A stretch of 64,000 nucleotides of DNA from an uncultured delta proteobacterium (GCA_963716725.1 CAVQUB010000005.1:352001-416000); one strand, 5' to 3'. Numbered from the stretch's first letter, positions 9,050 through 19,650 are shown. Notes: generated by a model from the sequence alone, not told the origin. A program made the numbers and translations.

Positions 9050-11371
9050 ATGCTTGTACCGCCAATCTCCGATGGATCTCAGTGCCGGCGTGCCGGCGTG
9101 CTCCTGGTCGTTGCCGTCATTTTCGCGGGCATGCTGCTGAGCCCGATGGCCTGCGGCGGCGACAAGTCACTCCCCGGATCCCCCGGAGGCGGTAGCGGAG
9201 GCTCGGCGGCGACCTGCGTCGATCGAGACGGAGACGGCTTCGGCGACGGATGTCTCTCGGGAAAAGACTGCGACGACGACGATCCCAAGTCCACCAGCGG
9301 CTGCTACGCGTGCAGCAAGCCACGTCCCGGCTGTCCTTGCTCCAACGAAGGTCAGCGGGTGGCTTGTGGTCAGATGGAAAGCAAGGTCGGGGCTCAGGTC
9401 ACCTGCGGCTACGGCGAAACGGTCTGCGAAGGCGGGTCCTACGGCGAGTGCATCATCAACAACTCAGTGACGCTGCTGCCGGGCGGAGATCCCAAGCAGA
9501 GAACGCAGTCGCTGGGTGCTCCGGGCACCTGCAGCGCCAACCCCTGCGACCCCTACTGTCAGACTTGGGTGGATGATCCGGTTGGGCTCGGCGGCGACGG
9601 TGGGATCGTGGTCACCGATGGCGGCCTGACCGTCCCGGGCAGCACCACCACTCCACCCGCGTCCACGTGCAGCGGGGGCGCCAGCGGATCGTGCGCCCAT
9701 CACATCTGCCAGACCGGCGCGAAGCTCAGCGCAGGCTGCGACGCAAGCCCGCCGGCGACGAGCTGCGTGTCGGCCATCTGCGCGGCGATGCCCGCCTGCT
9801 GCACGGGCAACTGGAGCGGCGCCTGCGTCAACGCCATTCCGACCATTTGTCCCGGTGCTTCCTGCGCCATCCAGACCTCCGGTCAGTGCGTCTTCTGTTA
9901 CGCCGACGCCGTCGATCACGACGGTGACGGCTACTCGTATGCCCAAGGCGACTGCAGGGACTGCGACCCGTTCATCAACCCGGGGGCCTACGACTTTCCT
10001 GGCGACTCCCTCGACAACGACTGTAGCGGCAGCGTCGACGACGAAGCGACGGGCTGCGACGTCGGCCTGGTGTTCAACACCAGCGACCCCAAGAAGTACG
10101 CGCAGGCCATGGATATTTGCCGCTTCCCCAACCCGACCGCCGTCGGCGTGAACAAGACCTGGGGCGTCTTGACCGACGCGCTGGTTCAGGCCAACGGTAC
10201 GAGTTCGTGCAGCAACACGCTGCAGCGTGCCGTGACGCCCCAGTTCGGGAGCGGCAACTTCCCCAAGGCGGGCCAGCGCATGGCCGTGTTCTCCTCAGGC
10301 ACCGCCCGCGACACCGACGACCCGGGCTACGTCAACCCGAATGGTCAGTCCGCCAGCTATTCAGCCGGCACCTTCGTGAGTCCGCCCGCGGGCTTTCCGA
10401 AGAACGCCGTCGGCTGCCCCAACGGCTCGGCGGCTCGAGATTCTTGCGGCTACAAGCTCAAGATCCGCGCGCCGACCAACGCCAAGTCCTTCGCCTACGA
10501 CTTCAACTTCTTCTCGAGCGAATACTCCGAGTGGATCTGCACGGCGTACAACGACGCCTTCATCGCGCTCTACTACGGAGCGCTGAACCCCTACGCAGAC
10601 AAGAACATCTCCTTCGACTCGCTGAACAACCCCGTCAGCGTCAACGTCGGCTTCTTCAGCATCCCGACCGGCCCCACCCAGACCTCCCACCCGCTGCTGA
10701 ACGGGACGGGCTTCTCCGGCTACTGCTCCAACTACGGGGCGTCGCCCAACGGGATGTGTGGCGGCTCGACGGGTTGGCTCACCACCACCGCGCCCGTGAA
10801 TCCAGGGGAAGAAATCACGCTGCACTTCTCCATCTGGGACACCGGCGACCACGCCTGGGATTCCACCGTGCTGATGGACAACTTCCGCTGGTCGGCCCAG
10901 ACCGCCACCATCCAGACGCTGCCCACGGTGCCGCCGCCGCCACCGCAGACCTACGCTGCTGGGGACTTCACCCGGGACTATGACGCGGCGAGCGCCTGTC
11001 CCGGCGGGACGAAACCGGTCTGGGGCAGCTGGTCGTGGACCACGACGACCCCGAACGACTCCCGCATCGAGTTCTACGTGAAGACGGCGACCACCCTCGC
11101 TGGACTGGACGCCGCGCCGGAAGACGCCGTCCAGTTCACCAACCCGCCCGGCCCCCTCGCGCTAGCCGGCAGCAGCGCCGTCGCCAAGACTGCGCCCACG
11201 GACACGCGCAACGGTTCGGCTGTGGTGGACAAGACCTTCGTCGCCAAGTCGCGGTTCCGCCACCACCGGTTCGCGCGCGTGCGTTCGCACTTGAAACCGT
11301 CTACGGATCTGCTGAGCGCGCCGGTCCTGCACGCATGGAACCTCGAGCTCAGCTGCACTCCCAACGAGTGA
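9050..11371 (+). CDS. Large Cys-rich lipoprotein with DxDGDG-DC metal-binding repeats and a choice-of-anchor-L-like domain
   Basis: PMAC lipobox; DRDGDGFG..DCDDDDP; DHDGDGY..DCRDCDP.INPGA..DNDC; FNFFSSEY.EW...YNDAF; IWDTGDHAWDSTVLMDNF. Confidence 0.8.
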   Translation: MLVPPISDGSQCRRAGVLLVVAVIFAGMLLSPMACGGDKSLPGSPGGGSGGSAATCVDRDGDGFGDGCLSGKDCDDDDPKSTSGCYACSKPRPGCPCSNEGQRVACGQMESKVGAQVTCGYGETVCEGGSYGECIINNSVTLLPGGDPKQRTQSLGAPGTCSANPCDPYCQTWVDDPVGLGGDGGIVVTDGGLTVPGSTTTPPASTCSGGASGSCAHHICQTGAKLSAGCDASPPATSCVSAICAAMPACCTGNWSGACVNAIPTICPGASCAIQTSGQCVFCYADAVDHDGDGYSYAQGDCRDCDPFINPGAYDFPGDSLDNDCSGSVDDEATGCDVGLVFNTSDPKKYAQAMDICRFPNPTAVGVNKTWGVLTDALVQANGTSSCSNTLQRAVTPQFGSGNFPKAGQRMAVFSSGTARDTDDPGYVNPNGQSASYSAGTFVSPPAGFPKNAVGCPNGSAARDSCGYKLKIRAPTNAKSFAYDFNFFSSEYSEWICTAYNDAFIALYYGALNPYADKNISFDSLNNPVSVNVGFFSIPTGPTQTSHPLLNGTGFSGYCSNYGASPNGMCGGSTGWLTTTAPVNPGEEITLHFSIWDTGDHAWDSTVLMDNFRWSAQTATIQTLPTVPPPPPQTYAAGDFTRDYDAASACPGGTKPVWGSWSWTTTTPNDSRIEFYVKTATTLAGLDAAPEDAVQFTNPPGPLALAGSSAVAKTAPTDTRNGSAVVDKTFVAKSRFRHHRFARVRSHLKPSTDLLSAPVLHAWNLELSCTPNE

Positions 11372-11386
11372 TCGACGACTCCCGAA

Positions 11387-11722
11387 TCACGACTCGCCGA
11401 AGTACTTGTAGAAGAGCGCTTCCTCGTCGCCGCATTCCGACCAGCTGTCACCGACGCAGAGCTGCACGCCGACGTAGCAGTTTTGGATGGAGCCGTGCTT
11501 CGGGAGCATGACCTTGCAACTCCGGGCGGCGCCCTCGGTGCAGAGCTTGGTGTCGCCTTGCTTGGGAGCCGCAGGCTCCGCCTCGTCGGGCATCGCGACG
11601 TGCTCCACCGCGGATTCTGACGGCTCGTCAGGCCCGTCGAAGGGCGCTGGACGTTCCGCCGTGCCGGAGCACGCCAAGAGCATGACAGCACCGATGAATG
11701 CCCACGACTGTGCGATCGACAT
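11387..11722 (-). CDS. Small Cys-rich lipoprotein
   Basis: LLAC lipobox; C-x-EG..C..C..G.Q.C...WSEC motif similar to a segment of the 9050..11371 protein. Confidence 0.75.
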   Translation of the reverse strand: MSIAQSWAFIGAVMLLACSGTAERPAPFDGPDEPSESAVEHVAMPDEAEPAAPKQGDTKLCTEGAARSCKVMLPKHGSIQNCYVGVQLCVGDSWSECGDEEALFYKYFGES

Positions 11723-11734
11723 GCGATGGGCTCA

Positions 11735-11750
11735 AGCAGCCGGCGTGCCA
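11735..11750 (-). promoter_or_regulatory. Sigma-54 -24/-12 promoter
   Basis: Minus strand reads TGGCACGCCGGCTGCT. Confidence 0.75.
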
Positions 11751-11792
11751 TCGCCAATACGCACTGAATTGCGCTTGATCTGGCAGTTAATG

Positions 11793-11964
11793 CGATCCAG
11801 ATTGGGACATCTGAACCGTCCGCCCGTCTCAACCTGAGACGGCTGACTCACCCTGGCATCGCTCTTGCTCGGTGAAGCTCGGGATGGATCGAAACGAGGC
11901 GAAGCGGCGGATAGACTCCGAGATCTCTCCTGCCGGCCTGTCTCACATGTCTCAATCTGCTACA
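11793..11964. promoter_or_regulatory. Cluster of TGTCTCA-N3-TGAGACA-like sites
   Basis: Perfect CCGTCTCA-ACC-TGAGACGG (11824-11842); weaker copies at 11793-11809, 11844-11860 and 11948-11964. Confidence 0.6.
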
Positions 11965-13362
11965 AGGCCCAGCATGCGTCCGGCCGAAAAGCGGGTGGTC
12001 GCCGTGGTGGACGACGATCCCACCACGCGGCGAATTCTCCGCCATTGGTTGGGTGCCGAGGGCTACGAGAGCCGCGAGTTCGCCGACGCCCCGAGCGCCC
12101 TCGCCGCCGACACGCGCGAGTTCGCGGTGGCTTGCGTGGATCTCTCGTTGGGCGAAGCGTCGGGGCTCGACGTCATGAAGGAGCTGCTGGCGCGCGACGC
12201 GGAGCTACCGATCGTGATGGTGACGGCGTCGCAACAAGTGGAGCCGGCGGTGGGCGCGCTGCGCGCCGGCGCCTACGACTACGTGACCAAGCCCCTCGAT
12301 CGTGAGCGCCTGCTTGGGTCGGTGCGCCGCGCGGCCGAGCGACGCAACCTGGCGCTCTCGGTGAGGCATCTCGAGACCGAGCTCCGCGGATCCCGGGGGC
12401 TCGGTGCGCTTGTCGGGTCGAGTTCCGCGCTTCGTCAATTGACCGATCAGGTCGGCCGGGTGCTCGAGAGCGACGTGCCCGTCAGCGTGTTTGGTGAGAG
12501 CGGCACCGGCAAGGAGCTCGTCGCTCGGGCCATTCACGACTCAGGTCATCGCCACGAGGGAGAATTCGTAGCCGTCAACTGCGGCGCCATCCCCCAGGAT
12601 CTCCAAGCCTCCGAGCTGTTCGGTCACGAACGCGGCGCATTCACCGGAGCGCAGTCCCAACATCGCGGGCGCTTCGAGCAAGCCAACGGCGGGACGCTGT
12701 TCCTCGACGAGATCGGGGAGATGAGCGCCAGCACTCAAACCGCGCTCTTGCGTGCGCTGCAAGAGCGGACCATCCAACGCGTGGGCGGACGCACGGACAT
12801 TCCGGTGGACGTCCGCGTCATCTGCGCGACCCACCGCAAGCTCGACGAACTGGTGGCCACGGGACGGTTTCGCGAAGACCTGTTCTACCGGCTGGTCGTC
12901 TTTCCAATTCATGTGCCACCACTGCGGGATCGCCGCAGTGACGTTCCGGAGCTCGTCGTCCACTTCTTGCGCAAGCTCGCGCCGGACACGCGGCGGGAGA
13001 TCAACCGGGTGAGCCCCGAAGCGCTGGACGCCTTGATGAGCTACGGCTGGCCCGGCAACGTGCGCGAGTTGGGAAACGTCCTACACCGGGCCCTGCTCTG
13101 CTGCGATGGTCCTCAGATCGAGCTCGTTCACCTGCCTCGCGAGCTCTGGCGGGGAAAGCAGAGCGAAGTCGCGCCGGCGCCGCGCGTGTCGAAGTCGCTG
13201 CCGGCACCCGCGCCCGAGACCTTTGACTTGTCCCAGATCGAACGGCGCACGATCGAGCGTGCCGTGGCCAAGACCGGCGGCAACATCACTGATGCGGCGC
13301 GCATGCTCGGCATCGGTCGTGCCACGCTCTACCGAAAACTCACGGCGTACTCGGCGCGTTGA
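11947..13362 (+). CDS. Sigma-54-dependent NtrC-family response regulator
   Basis: REC domain (VVDDD, YDYVTKP), [39 protein letters not shown], Fis-type HTH. Start uncertain (11872/11947/11974). Confidence 0.95.
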   Translation: MSQSATRPSMRPAEKRVVAVVDDDPTTRRILRHWLGAEGYESREFADAPSALAADTREFAVACVDLSLGEASGLDVMKELLARDAELPIVMVTASQQVEPAVGALRAGAYDYVTKPLDRERLLGSVRRAAERRNLALSVRHLETELRGSRGLGALVGSSSALRQLTDQVGRVLESDVPVSVFGESGTGKELVARAIHDSGHRHEGEFVAVNCGAIPQDLQASELFGHERGAFTGAQSQHRGRFEQANGGTLFLDEIGEMSASTQTALLRALQERTIQRVGGRTDIPVDVRVICATHRKLDELVATGRFREDLFYRLVVFPIHVPPLRDRRSDVPELVVHFLRKLAPDTRREINRVSPEALDALMSYGWPGNVRELGNVLHRALLCCDGPQIELVHLPRELWRGKQSEVAPAPRVSKSLPAPAPETFDLSQIERRTIERAVAKTGGNITDAARMLGIGRATLYRKLTAYSAR

Positions 13363-15296
13363 TCGCAGCTATGCTGTTCGCGTTGGAAAAGCGACTGCTC
13401 GATCATCTCCCGGCTCCTGTCGTTTGCGAGGACGGGGAGGGCCGGATCGTTTACACCAACCGCGCGTTTCGCCGGTTGTTCGAGCCCGAGCCTCGCGTCG
13501 AAGAAATGGGCGGTCGCTTCTTCGATCTCGTGGCGCAGCGGGGATCGCTCTTCGTTGACCCTTCGGCCTTCGAGCGGCGGGCCAGTGAACTCCTGGGCAA
13601 GTGCGAAGCCGGCTCGGTTTTCGGCGTGACCCTGAGTGACGGACGCGAGTTCGTCTGTGACTACGTTCCGCTCGGCGACGGGCAGCGGGAGGTGGCTCAC
13701 ATCTGGAGCTTTCGCGACGTGAGTGAGGCACGTCGCGACGCGGCCCTCGCCCGGGCGGCCAGGGACACGAGTGACGCAGCCATCGCCGCCCGAGACGCCT
13801 TTCTCGCGCGAATGAGCCACGATCTGCGCTCGCCGCTGGGAGTCGTGCTCGGGGCCGCGCAGCTCCTGGCCACTGGCGATGCCACTGAAGAGCAGCGCGA
13901 GTCTCTCGAAGGCATCTTCAACTCCGGACAGCTCGTGCTTCGGCTCATTGACGACGTGCTCGATTACTCGAAGCTTCGAGCGGGCCGCTTCGTGTTGGCG
14001 CCCCGAGTCGTCGATCTCTGGGCGCTCTTGGAAGAGGCAGCAAGCACTCTCAAGAGCTCCGCCTCAGCAAGAAGTCTCGCCTTCGAGCATTCGATCGATC
14101 CCGACGTGCCGCGCTGGGCTCGCGTCGATCCGGCGCGACTCCGGCAGCTTCTGATGAACGTGGGCTCCAACGCCATCAAGTACACGGATGCGGGGGCGGT
14201 TCGTCTGCATGCGGCGCGTTCCACCACGGCGGGGGAGCCGATGCTGGTACTTCGAGTCGAGGACACCGGCCAGGGCATCGGCCGGGACACCCTTCCGGTC
14301 TTGTTCGACGCCTACGCTCAGGGGCCGGGTCACGAGTCGAAAGGAACCGGGCTGGGTTTGGCCATCACCCGTGAGTTGGTGGAGTTGATGGGTGGTTCGG
14401 TGCAGGTCGAGAGCGCGCGGGGCATCGGCACGACGTTCACGTGGTCGGTGCGCATCGACCCGGCTCGCCCGAGCCACGTGATGAAGCTCAGCCGGCCGCC
14501 GATGGCAGCCCACGAACCCAGCAGCCACGCGCGCTGCAGGGTCTTGATCGCCGAGGACAACGTCTTCACTCAGGTCATCCTGAGAAAGACCGTCGAGCGC
14601 CTGGGCCACGAGGTCGAGATCGCCCGCAACGGCCTCGAGGTCCTCGATGCGCTCAGCGTGAGCGAGTTCGACGCGGTGCTCATGGATTGCCAGATGCCGC
14701 TGCTCGATGGCTACTCCACGACCGCACGACTCCGTGAAATCGGCTACGGTCGCGCCACCTTGCCGGTGATCGCGCTCACCGCCAGCGCCGTGCCCGGCGA
14801 CCGGGAGAAGTGTCTGCGATCAGGCATGAACGACTACCTGACCAAGCCCTTCACGCTGGCCGAGGTGAGCGCGACCCTCGAGCGTTGGCTGTCGGTAGCG
14901 CCGCGATCGCGACCCTCAGGCTCGTCGCCTCCCGAACAGCCAGAAAGCGACGCCATCGACGTGCGCCGACTCGAAGATCTGAGCGGCGGCGACCGAGACG
15001 TGCTCGCGGACGTGTGCGCGGTCTTCGTCGAAGACATGGGCGCGCGCCTCGAGGAGCTGAAGCGCGCCGCCCAGTGCGAGGATGCGGCCGCGCTACGCCG
15101 AGTCGCCCACGTGGTCGCGGGCTCGGCCTCCAACGTGGGAGCGTGCACGCTCGAGGCCCTGGCTCGCGACGTTGAGCTCGAGCGGGTGCAGCAGGGTGGG
15201 CTCGCCGCGCACGTTGCCGAGCTGGCAACTCAGCTCGAGCGGGCGCGCGCAGCGATGACCCGGCTCTGCGGCGGATCGCTCCCGGGAGGCAGCTGA
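13359..15296 (+). CDS. Hybrid sensor histidine kinase (PAS-HisKA-HATPase-REC-Hpt)
   Basis: MSHDLRSPL, NAIKYT, DTGQG, GTGLGL, LMDCQMP, AHVVAGSASNVG. Overlaps the regulator's stop codon. Confidence 0.93.
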   Translation: MIAAMLFALEKRLLDHLPAPVVCEDGEGRIVYTNRAFRRLFEPEPRVEEMGGRFFDLVAQRGSLFVDPSAFERRASELLGKCEAGSVFGVTLSDGREFVCDYVPLGDGQREVAHIWSFRDVSEARRDAALARAARDTSDAAIAARDAFLARMSHDLRSPLGVVLGAAQLLATGDATEEQRESLEGIFNSGQLVLRLIDDVLDYSKLRAGRFVLAPRVVDLWALLEEAASTLKSSASARSLAFEHSIDPDVPRWARVDPARLRQLLMNVGSNAIKYTDAGAVRLHAARSTTAGEPMLVLRVEDTGQGIGRDTLPVLFDAYAQGPGHESKGTGLGLAITRELVELMGGSVQVESARGIGTTFTWSVRIDPARPSHVMKLSRPPMAAHEPSSHARCRVLIAEDNVFTQVILRKTVERLGHEVEIARNGLEVLDALSVSEFDAVLMDCQMPLLDGYSTTARLREIGYGRATLPVIALTASAVPGDREKCLRSGMNDYLTKPFTLAEVSATLERWLSVAPRSRPSGSSPPEQPESDAIDVRRLEDLSGGDRDVLADVCAVFVEDMGARLEELKRAAQCEDAAALRRVAHVVAGSASNVGACTLEALARDVELERVQQGGLAAHVAELATQLERARAAMTRLCGGSLPGGS

Positions 15297-15380
15297 AGTC
15301 AGCCCGCGCTCGCGCCCGCGGCGCACGCCGCCCTTTTGTGACGGATCGAAGACTGGGCATGAGCTAGCATCAGCATCTCA

Positions 15381-15973
15381 GTGGCTGATCGCTGCGCTTC
15401 CCACGGGCTCGCTCTAGGGCCGGACGGCCGCTGCGTCCTGTGTCGGCGCGAAGCGGACTCGGCATCGAAGTCCGGGGGCGGCGGCAGATCATCACGGACC
15501 ACCGCTGCGTGGGCGACGGTGGGCGTCGTGCTGTTGCTCGGAGCCGGCTGGGCATTGAGTCGGCGGTCGAACGCCGGCGAACCAGGTGCAAAGCGTGAGG
15601 TCGTTCCGCCTCGGTCCGAGCCGGCGGAGCCCGCGGAGCCCGCGGAGCCCGCCGCACCTACGGCGCCCGCCGCTGAGCCGATCCGGCGCGGGCCGGGACC
15701 GGATGACCTGAAGGCTGCGCGACGTTCGGTGCGCGTCACGGTCTACACGACGTCTTGGTGTCCGCACTGTTCCGCGAAGTTGATGTCGTTCGCCCGCAGC
15801 CAGTTGCGTGCGCGGGTGCAAGCGCTTCAGCCCGGCGCGACCGCGATCGCATCAACCCCCAGGGGGGTGTCCCGACGGTCGACATCGACGGACAAGTGTT
15901 GACCGGCTTTGGCGAACAAAACTGGGAGCGGGCCATCGCCAGCGCTGCGCAGCGCCGACTCGAGCCGCGCTGA
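15381..15973 (+). CDS. Membrane-anchored glutaredoxin/NrdH-like protein (frameshifted ~15770-15840)
   Basis: N-terminal C..HG....C..C, TM helix, VYTTSWCPHC; next frame gives INPQGGVPTVDIDG. Confidence 0.7.
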
Positions 15974-16031
15974 TCCGGTGCGGACAGCGACGAGCGCGCG
16001 CCCAGCGGGAGGATCGAGGCCCTGCTCGCCC

Positions 16032-18743
16032 TCACGGCGCTTGCGTCGTCGTGACGAGCGACACGGGCGTCACCAACACATCGCGGGGCGTAGGCCAGAG
16101 GTTCAAGGGAACGATGCTGGGGATGAATGGGCTGACGGACATCGTACACGCGGCCTCACTCAGGCTCACCGAAGCGGACAGCGCGCCGCTCGAGAACGCG
16201 ATGCTGCCGTCCTTGGCGAACGCCTTGAGTAGCCACATGTCGCCTACACTGCTCTTGCCCGCGTTGGAAAATCCTGCCATCAGCGCACCGCCATCGTCCG
16301 TGAGTCGAAGCGTTGGAAGAGTGCTCTCCGGAGGTTGCGTGCCTGCGGCGGTCAGCTGGTAATCCCGAACCCATTGAACCCCGCCTACGGAATCCAGCCC
16401 GGCGCTGAACAGGTGGCTGGTTTCCGGATAAGCTTGGTAGCGCCCGGTCACGACGAATCCGCTCGTGGGTAGCTCGGCAATGCCGCTGATCACGGCGTAA
16501 TCGAAGCCCGACCCGCTCCACGGAAAGCTCGCGAATCCAACGGAACCATCGGGCTTGATGCGCGCGACGAAGCTCCGGAAGTACTGGCCGCCATTGCCGG
16601 CGAGGATCACGTCTCCCGAGCTGTGCACGATGCCCGTGTTGGGGATGAGGTCGGAGATGCTTCCGCAGCCCCCGTGCAAATTGGCGAATTTCACCTCTCC
16701 CGCAGCGTCGAGCGCCAGTGTGAAGCCCTGCCGTTGCACACCGCCCACTTCTTCTGTGAAGCCCGCAATGAAGAGCCCGCCCTGCCACGCGAAGAGCATC
16801 GAAGGCATGAGGTGAAGCGTCGGATGCGAGATGCGCCGCGAAGAGAGAACGATCCCGTTCTTGTCCAGGTGCAGCAGCCAGGCGCCGGTACGGTTCGACT
16901 CGTTGCCCACGTGGTGGGTCGCGACGAGCCAGCTGCCGCCCGCGCCGTCCGCGACGCCACCGGTCCACATCTGGAGTGTGACTTTGTCGCCGTACGGGCC
17001 TCCAAACTGGGTGGGCGCTTCATCAAAAGACTCTCCCCACGCCACGCCGCCACCTTGGCCGATCTTGATGACGGCGTACGGGTGCATCAAGACCAGAAGC
17101 CCTGCGTCCAGAGTGTCGACCACGCGCAGCGCTCGCATGCTCGGCAACACCGGGTCATCGAACATCTCGTAGTGGTTCGCCCACAAGAGCTTGCCTTCCG
17201 GGTTGACCTTGAAGAGAGTCTCCGATTGGCTGCTGGCGAGGGTGTAGTTCCCGTCGATGGTTTGCTCGAGTTGAATCTGTCGTAGGCCGTCGGCGGTCAC
17301 GAAGGGGTAACTCACGAAGGGTGACGAGTAGGTGCGTGACCAAGGGGTGAACGCCGGGTTGAGCAGCGTGTTGTTGTCAGGACCGCTGCCTGGCGGAAGC
17401 GAGGACTGACCCGGCTTTGGCAGCTGGCACGCGCCGCTGGCAATGGACTCGTCGACGATGGGAATCACCAGGTCATCGGTCTTCACCAGCGTGACCTCGC
17501 CGAGCCCCGGCAACTTTGCGCTGATCTTGAAGCCGAGTCGCCCTTCCACTCCGGCATGCAGATCCCAGCAAGGGCTTTGCGACTGATCCGCCGTCAACTC
17601 GGCGTAGGCGTGCAGACCGGCCTTCGGTCCGACGAAATCGTAGAGCCGCATGTGAAGATCGGCGCCAATCGAGGCCTTGGCGGAGGCCGCCAGCGTGACC
17701 TCCGTGGTCGGCGCCGTGAACGATTGGGAATAGGTCGGGGTCTTGAAGCTGGCTCCGTGCCTGCTCGAGAGGGCCACGCCCGCGGACAACGTCGCGTCTG
17801 CCGTGGTCTCCAACGCAAACTGGCTCGAGGCTGCGCCTGCGATCCTGCCGGTGATCTCGACCGACGGAAATATCACCAGGGGACCGATGGGGATCTGAGG
17901 CAAGGGGATGTCGCCGATGGAATAGTCGGCTTCGTACTTCTTGAAGGCAGCCCCCTCGAACGCGAGCTTCGCGTTGAGCTCTCCGCTCATGACCAGGCTA
18001 GCCTTCATTTCGGGGATGAGCGCTGCAATGGAGCAATCGGGCAGCTGGCCGAAAACGACCTCGAGCGCTGCTTCGATGCAGGCCTTCAGCGCGCTGGGAT
18101 ACGCCGCCACTCCACCCCAGTCGATGTCGACGGTCAGCGTGTAATCGAACCCACCACCCAATTCGCCTTTGACACGGACCTGGTCGTCCTTGGTGGAGAG
18201 ATCCTTGTCGCCGTCGAAGGCAACGATGTCGAGCGGCAGCGTCGGATGCTTGCCGCCTGTGTAACTCGCGAAGGGGCGACTCCCCGCCGACAACGGAGTC
18301 AGGTCGTTCTTCAACCAGTCGGAAGCTCCGATCTCCGGCGTCTTCCTGGGGGCGAGCTCGATGTGCAGCTGGCGAAACGCCAGCTGCAGAGGAGCGTTCA
18401 TCGTCGTGATGCGGACGCCCGCCCCGTTGGGCTCGACGCTTCGAACGATGCGCAGCAGGCCCTTTGGCGTGGCCGCGGACTGCCCAGCGACGATGACGCT
18501 GGCGCGCTCGACCTTGGCCAAGGCGCTCGGTGTGGTCTTGAATACGAGGATCCCATCGCCGGTTTCGGGCTCGAGCTGACTGAGCGCGCTCTTGTCGAGC
18601 AAGATCGCCGAGTCGAACAGCTCGTAGCGGATCTTGTCTTTGGTCTTTTCGGGAGCGTCCAGGCCATCGCTGCCCGAGCACGCCAGCGCGGAGATGAGCG
18701 GGATCAGAAGCAAGACCGCGCTTCGGCGAAATCCTTCGGACAT
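16032..18743 (-). CDS. Large lipoprotein with C-terminal beta-propeller-like repeats
   Basis: ALAC lipobox after ATG 18743; recurring K/L-x-x-x-G..W...Y blades in the C-terminal half. Confidence 0.75.
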   Translation of the reverse strand: MSEGFRRSAVLLLIPLISALACSGSDGLDAPEKTKDKIRYELFDSAILLDKSALSQLEPETGDGILVFKTTPSALAKVERASVIVAGQSAATPKGLLRIVRSVEPNGAGVRITTMNAPLQLAFRQLHIELAPRKTPEIGASDWLKNDLTPLSAGSRPFASYTGGKHPTLPLDIVAFDGDKDLSTKDDQVRVKGELGGGFDYTLTVDIDWGGVAAYPSALKACIEAALEVVFGQLPDCSIAALIPEMKASLVMSGELNAKLAFEGAAFKKYEADYSIGDIPLPQIPIGPLVIFPSVEITGRIAGAASSQFALETTADATLSAGVALSSRHGASFKTPTYSQSFTAPTTEVTLAASAKASIGADLHMRLYDFVGPKAGLHAYAELTADQSQSPCWDLHAGVEGRLGFKISAKLPGLGEVTLVKTDDLVIPIVDESIASGACQLPKPGQSSLPPGSGPDNNTLLNPAFTPWSRTYSSPFVSYPFVTADGLRQIQLEQTIDGNYTLASSQSETLFKVNPEGKLLWANHYEMFDDPVLPSMRALRVVDTLDAGLLVLMHPYAVIKIGQGGGVAWGESFDEAPTQFGGPYGDKVTLQMWTGGVADGAGGSWLVATHHVGNESNRTGAWLLHLDKNGIVLSSRRISHPTLHLMPSMLFAWQGGLFIAGFTEEVGGVQRQGFTLALDAAGEVKFANLHGGCGSISDLIPNTGIVHSSGDVILAGNGGQYFRSFVARIKPDGSVGFASFPWSGSGFDYAVISGIAELPTSGFVVTGRYQAYPETSHLFSAGLDSVGGVQWVRDYQLTAAGTQPPESTLPTLRLTDDGGALMAGFSNAGKSSVGDMWLLKAFAKDGSIAFSSGALSASVSLSEAACTMSVSPFIPSIVPLNLWPTPRDVLVTPVSLVTTTQAP

Positions 18744-18919
18744 GCTCCGATCATCGAGCTCGTCGTGGCACTTGGCAAGCGTCCCGCCGGCGGCCGCTCG
18801 CGGCGAGTCAAGTCGAGCGCCAGCTAGGGTTTTTCGGAACACCAGCGAAAGACCTGGTACGACGACCTGGCGGCTAGAACGAAGGTCGATCGCCGGTGGA
18901 AACGCTTCCCCCGTGGCGA

Positions 18920-19321
18920 TCAGGAATTCGTCGAGACATGGCGCCCGAGGCGTGGACTTCTCCGAGAGGTACTGAGTCGACGCGCGACCATCGCGAGCGT
19001 GACGGCGATCATGATCACGCCCACGCCTCCTGCGCCCGCCGCGCCCAGGATTACGGTGACGGTGCGATCGGTGACGTCGCTCACCCGGCCGTCGATCTCG
19101 CACAGCACACGATGATCCGTTCCGTGCTGGCCGGGCTTATACGAGTACTTTTGCTTCGAGATCCGAACCTGGCCCGAGCATACCTGCTCACCTGCCGCGA
19201 CCAACGGGCCCCCCATCATCATCACGACGGCGGCAGCGGCGGCAAACAGCCCCAAGAGCACCGCGACGATGGCCAGCCCTGAAATCATCAGCGTTCGGAG
19301 ATTGACCTGTTGGGGTTGCAT
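18920..19321 (-). CDS. Small two-TM membrane protein
   Basis: Two hydrophobic helices flanking a loop with two Cys. Confidence 0.5.
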   Translation of the reverse strand: MQPQQVNLRTLMISGLAIVAVLLGLFAAAAAVVMMMGGPLVAAGEQVCSGQVRISKQKYSYKPGQHGTDHRVLCEIDGRVSDVTDRTVTVILGAAGAGGVGVIMIAVTLAMVARRLSTSRRSPRLGRHVSTNS

Positions 19322-19650
19322 GAAGGCCTCAGTGTGAGATGGGACCGGTCGCGATCACGACTTCGTCGAAGTAGGTGGACTCGTCGTTGGTGGCAGCCCA
19401 CTCCGCGCCGCCACGATTCCGTCGCGCTGCCCGGGAGCGTTCATCACGAAGTGGTTGCACCCACTCACTCGGAGTGAAGACGCGCTGGCGCAAAGGGGAA
19501 GCGCAAAGGGGAAGTGGACTGTCAAAAGCTACCAGCAACGAACCTACACCCTGCCGTCGGAAGCGCACAATATGAACGTGTGGAACCAGCCTCTTCCGAC
19601 GCTGGCCCGGATGGATTGTGCTCGCGACCAGCGCCGAGCTAGCATCGACC

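Noticed and set aside
19329..19650. Minus-strand fragment ending YFDEVVIATGPISH
   Set aside because: It looks like a C-terminal remnant with no credible start, and the listed ORF is mostly antisense to the repeat.
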